Of a stretch of 64,000 bases of DNA, positions 63,996-64,000 are shown piece after piece. Origin of the DNA: Bacillota bacterium (GTDB taxonomy: Bacteria > Bacillota > Limnochordia > DTU087); the NCBI GenBank assembly GCA_012798955.1, contig JAAZMF010000145.1, forward strand, positions 15,450 through 79,449, read 5' to 3'. The notes beneath the pieces are model-generated. The model ran no database searches. It saw only the letters and a program-made list of their open reading frames with translations, and was not told where the DNA came from. Position numbers and translations under genes: made by a program. Positions within the stretch are counted from its first letter, which is position 1; the number at the start of each line of letters is the position of its first letter.

Positions 63996-64000
63996 TTCTT

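Noticed and set aside
1-64000. Scan for rRNA, tRNA, CRISPR arrays, inteins, introns or defence-system genes.
   Set aside because: I saw no cloverleaf-like or rRNA-like segments in the intergenic spacers and no regularly spaced direct repeats. Conserved genes (radA, clpC, rpoB/C, fusA) have normal uninterrupted lengths apart from the rpoB tail. This was visual inspection only; tRNAscan-SE, Infernal or CRISPR finders would be decisive.

Overview
A 64-kb chromosomal segment, about 50% GC by eye, with the gene order of a Gram-positive Bacillota (Firmicutes, Clostridia-like) genome. About 90% of the coding sequence is on the minus strand. It forms the classical housekeeping supercluster. Read along the minus strand from 64 kb down, the order is: ctsR-mcsA-mcsB-clpC-radA-disA-carD-yacL-ispDF, then a 4.6-kb non-syntenic block, then cysS-mrnC-rlmB-sigH-rpmG-secE-nusG-rplKAJL-rpoBC, the L7Ae-like gene, rpsLG-fusA-tuf, the S10, spc and alpha ribosomal operons, ecfA1A2T-truA-rplM-rpsI, and finally eda-lpdA-lplA. 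A class A PBP, a creatininase-family/unknown-protein pair and a truncated peroxiredoxin lie at the low-coordinate end. I saw no rRNA, tRNA or CRISPR array. Three genes below the ORF-track size cutoff were recovered by hand: rpmJ, rpmG and a 33-codon membrane sORF. Many ORF-track N-termini were trimmed to Shine-Dalgarno-supported starts. Several near-consensus sigma-A promoters (TTGACA, 17-18 nt spacer, TGnTAAAAT) and intrinsic terminators mark the operon boundaries. I do not see a convincing novel multi-gene system such as a defence island. The non-core parts worth a second look are: (1) the 48.7-53.3 kb block that replaces the expected gltX-cysE, including a comA-sORF-yeiH module; (2) a degenerate IS200/IS605 TnpB 3' remnant with repeated hairpins between yacL and ispDF; (3) a creatininase-family gene coupled to a 695-aa membrane-anchored TPR/Gly-rich protein of unknown family; (4) a long, repeat-encoded polyacidic tail on RpoB; (5) a CxxCxxCxxC insertion in EF-Tu, together with Cys4 forms of several ribosomal proteins; (6) a fused ispDF and the missing adk and yacP. 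All functional calls rest on motif and synteny recognition by eye. No database search was run.
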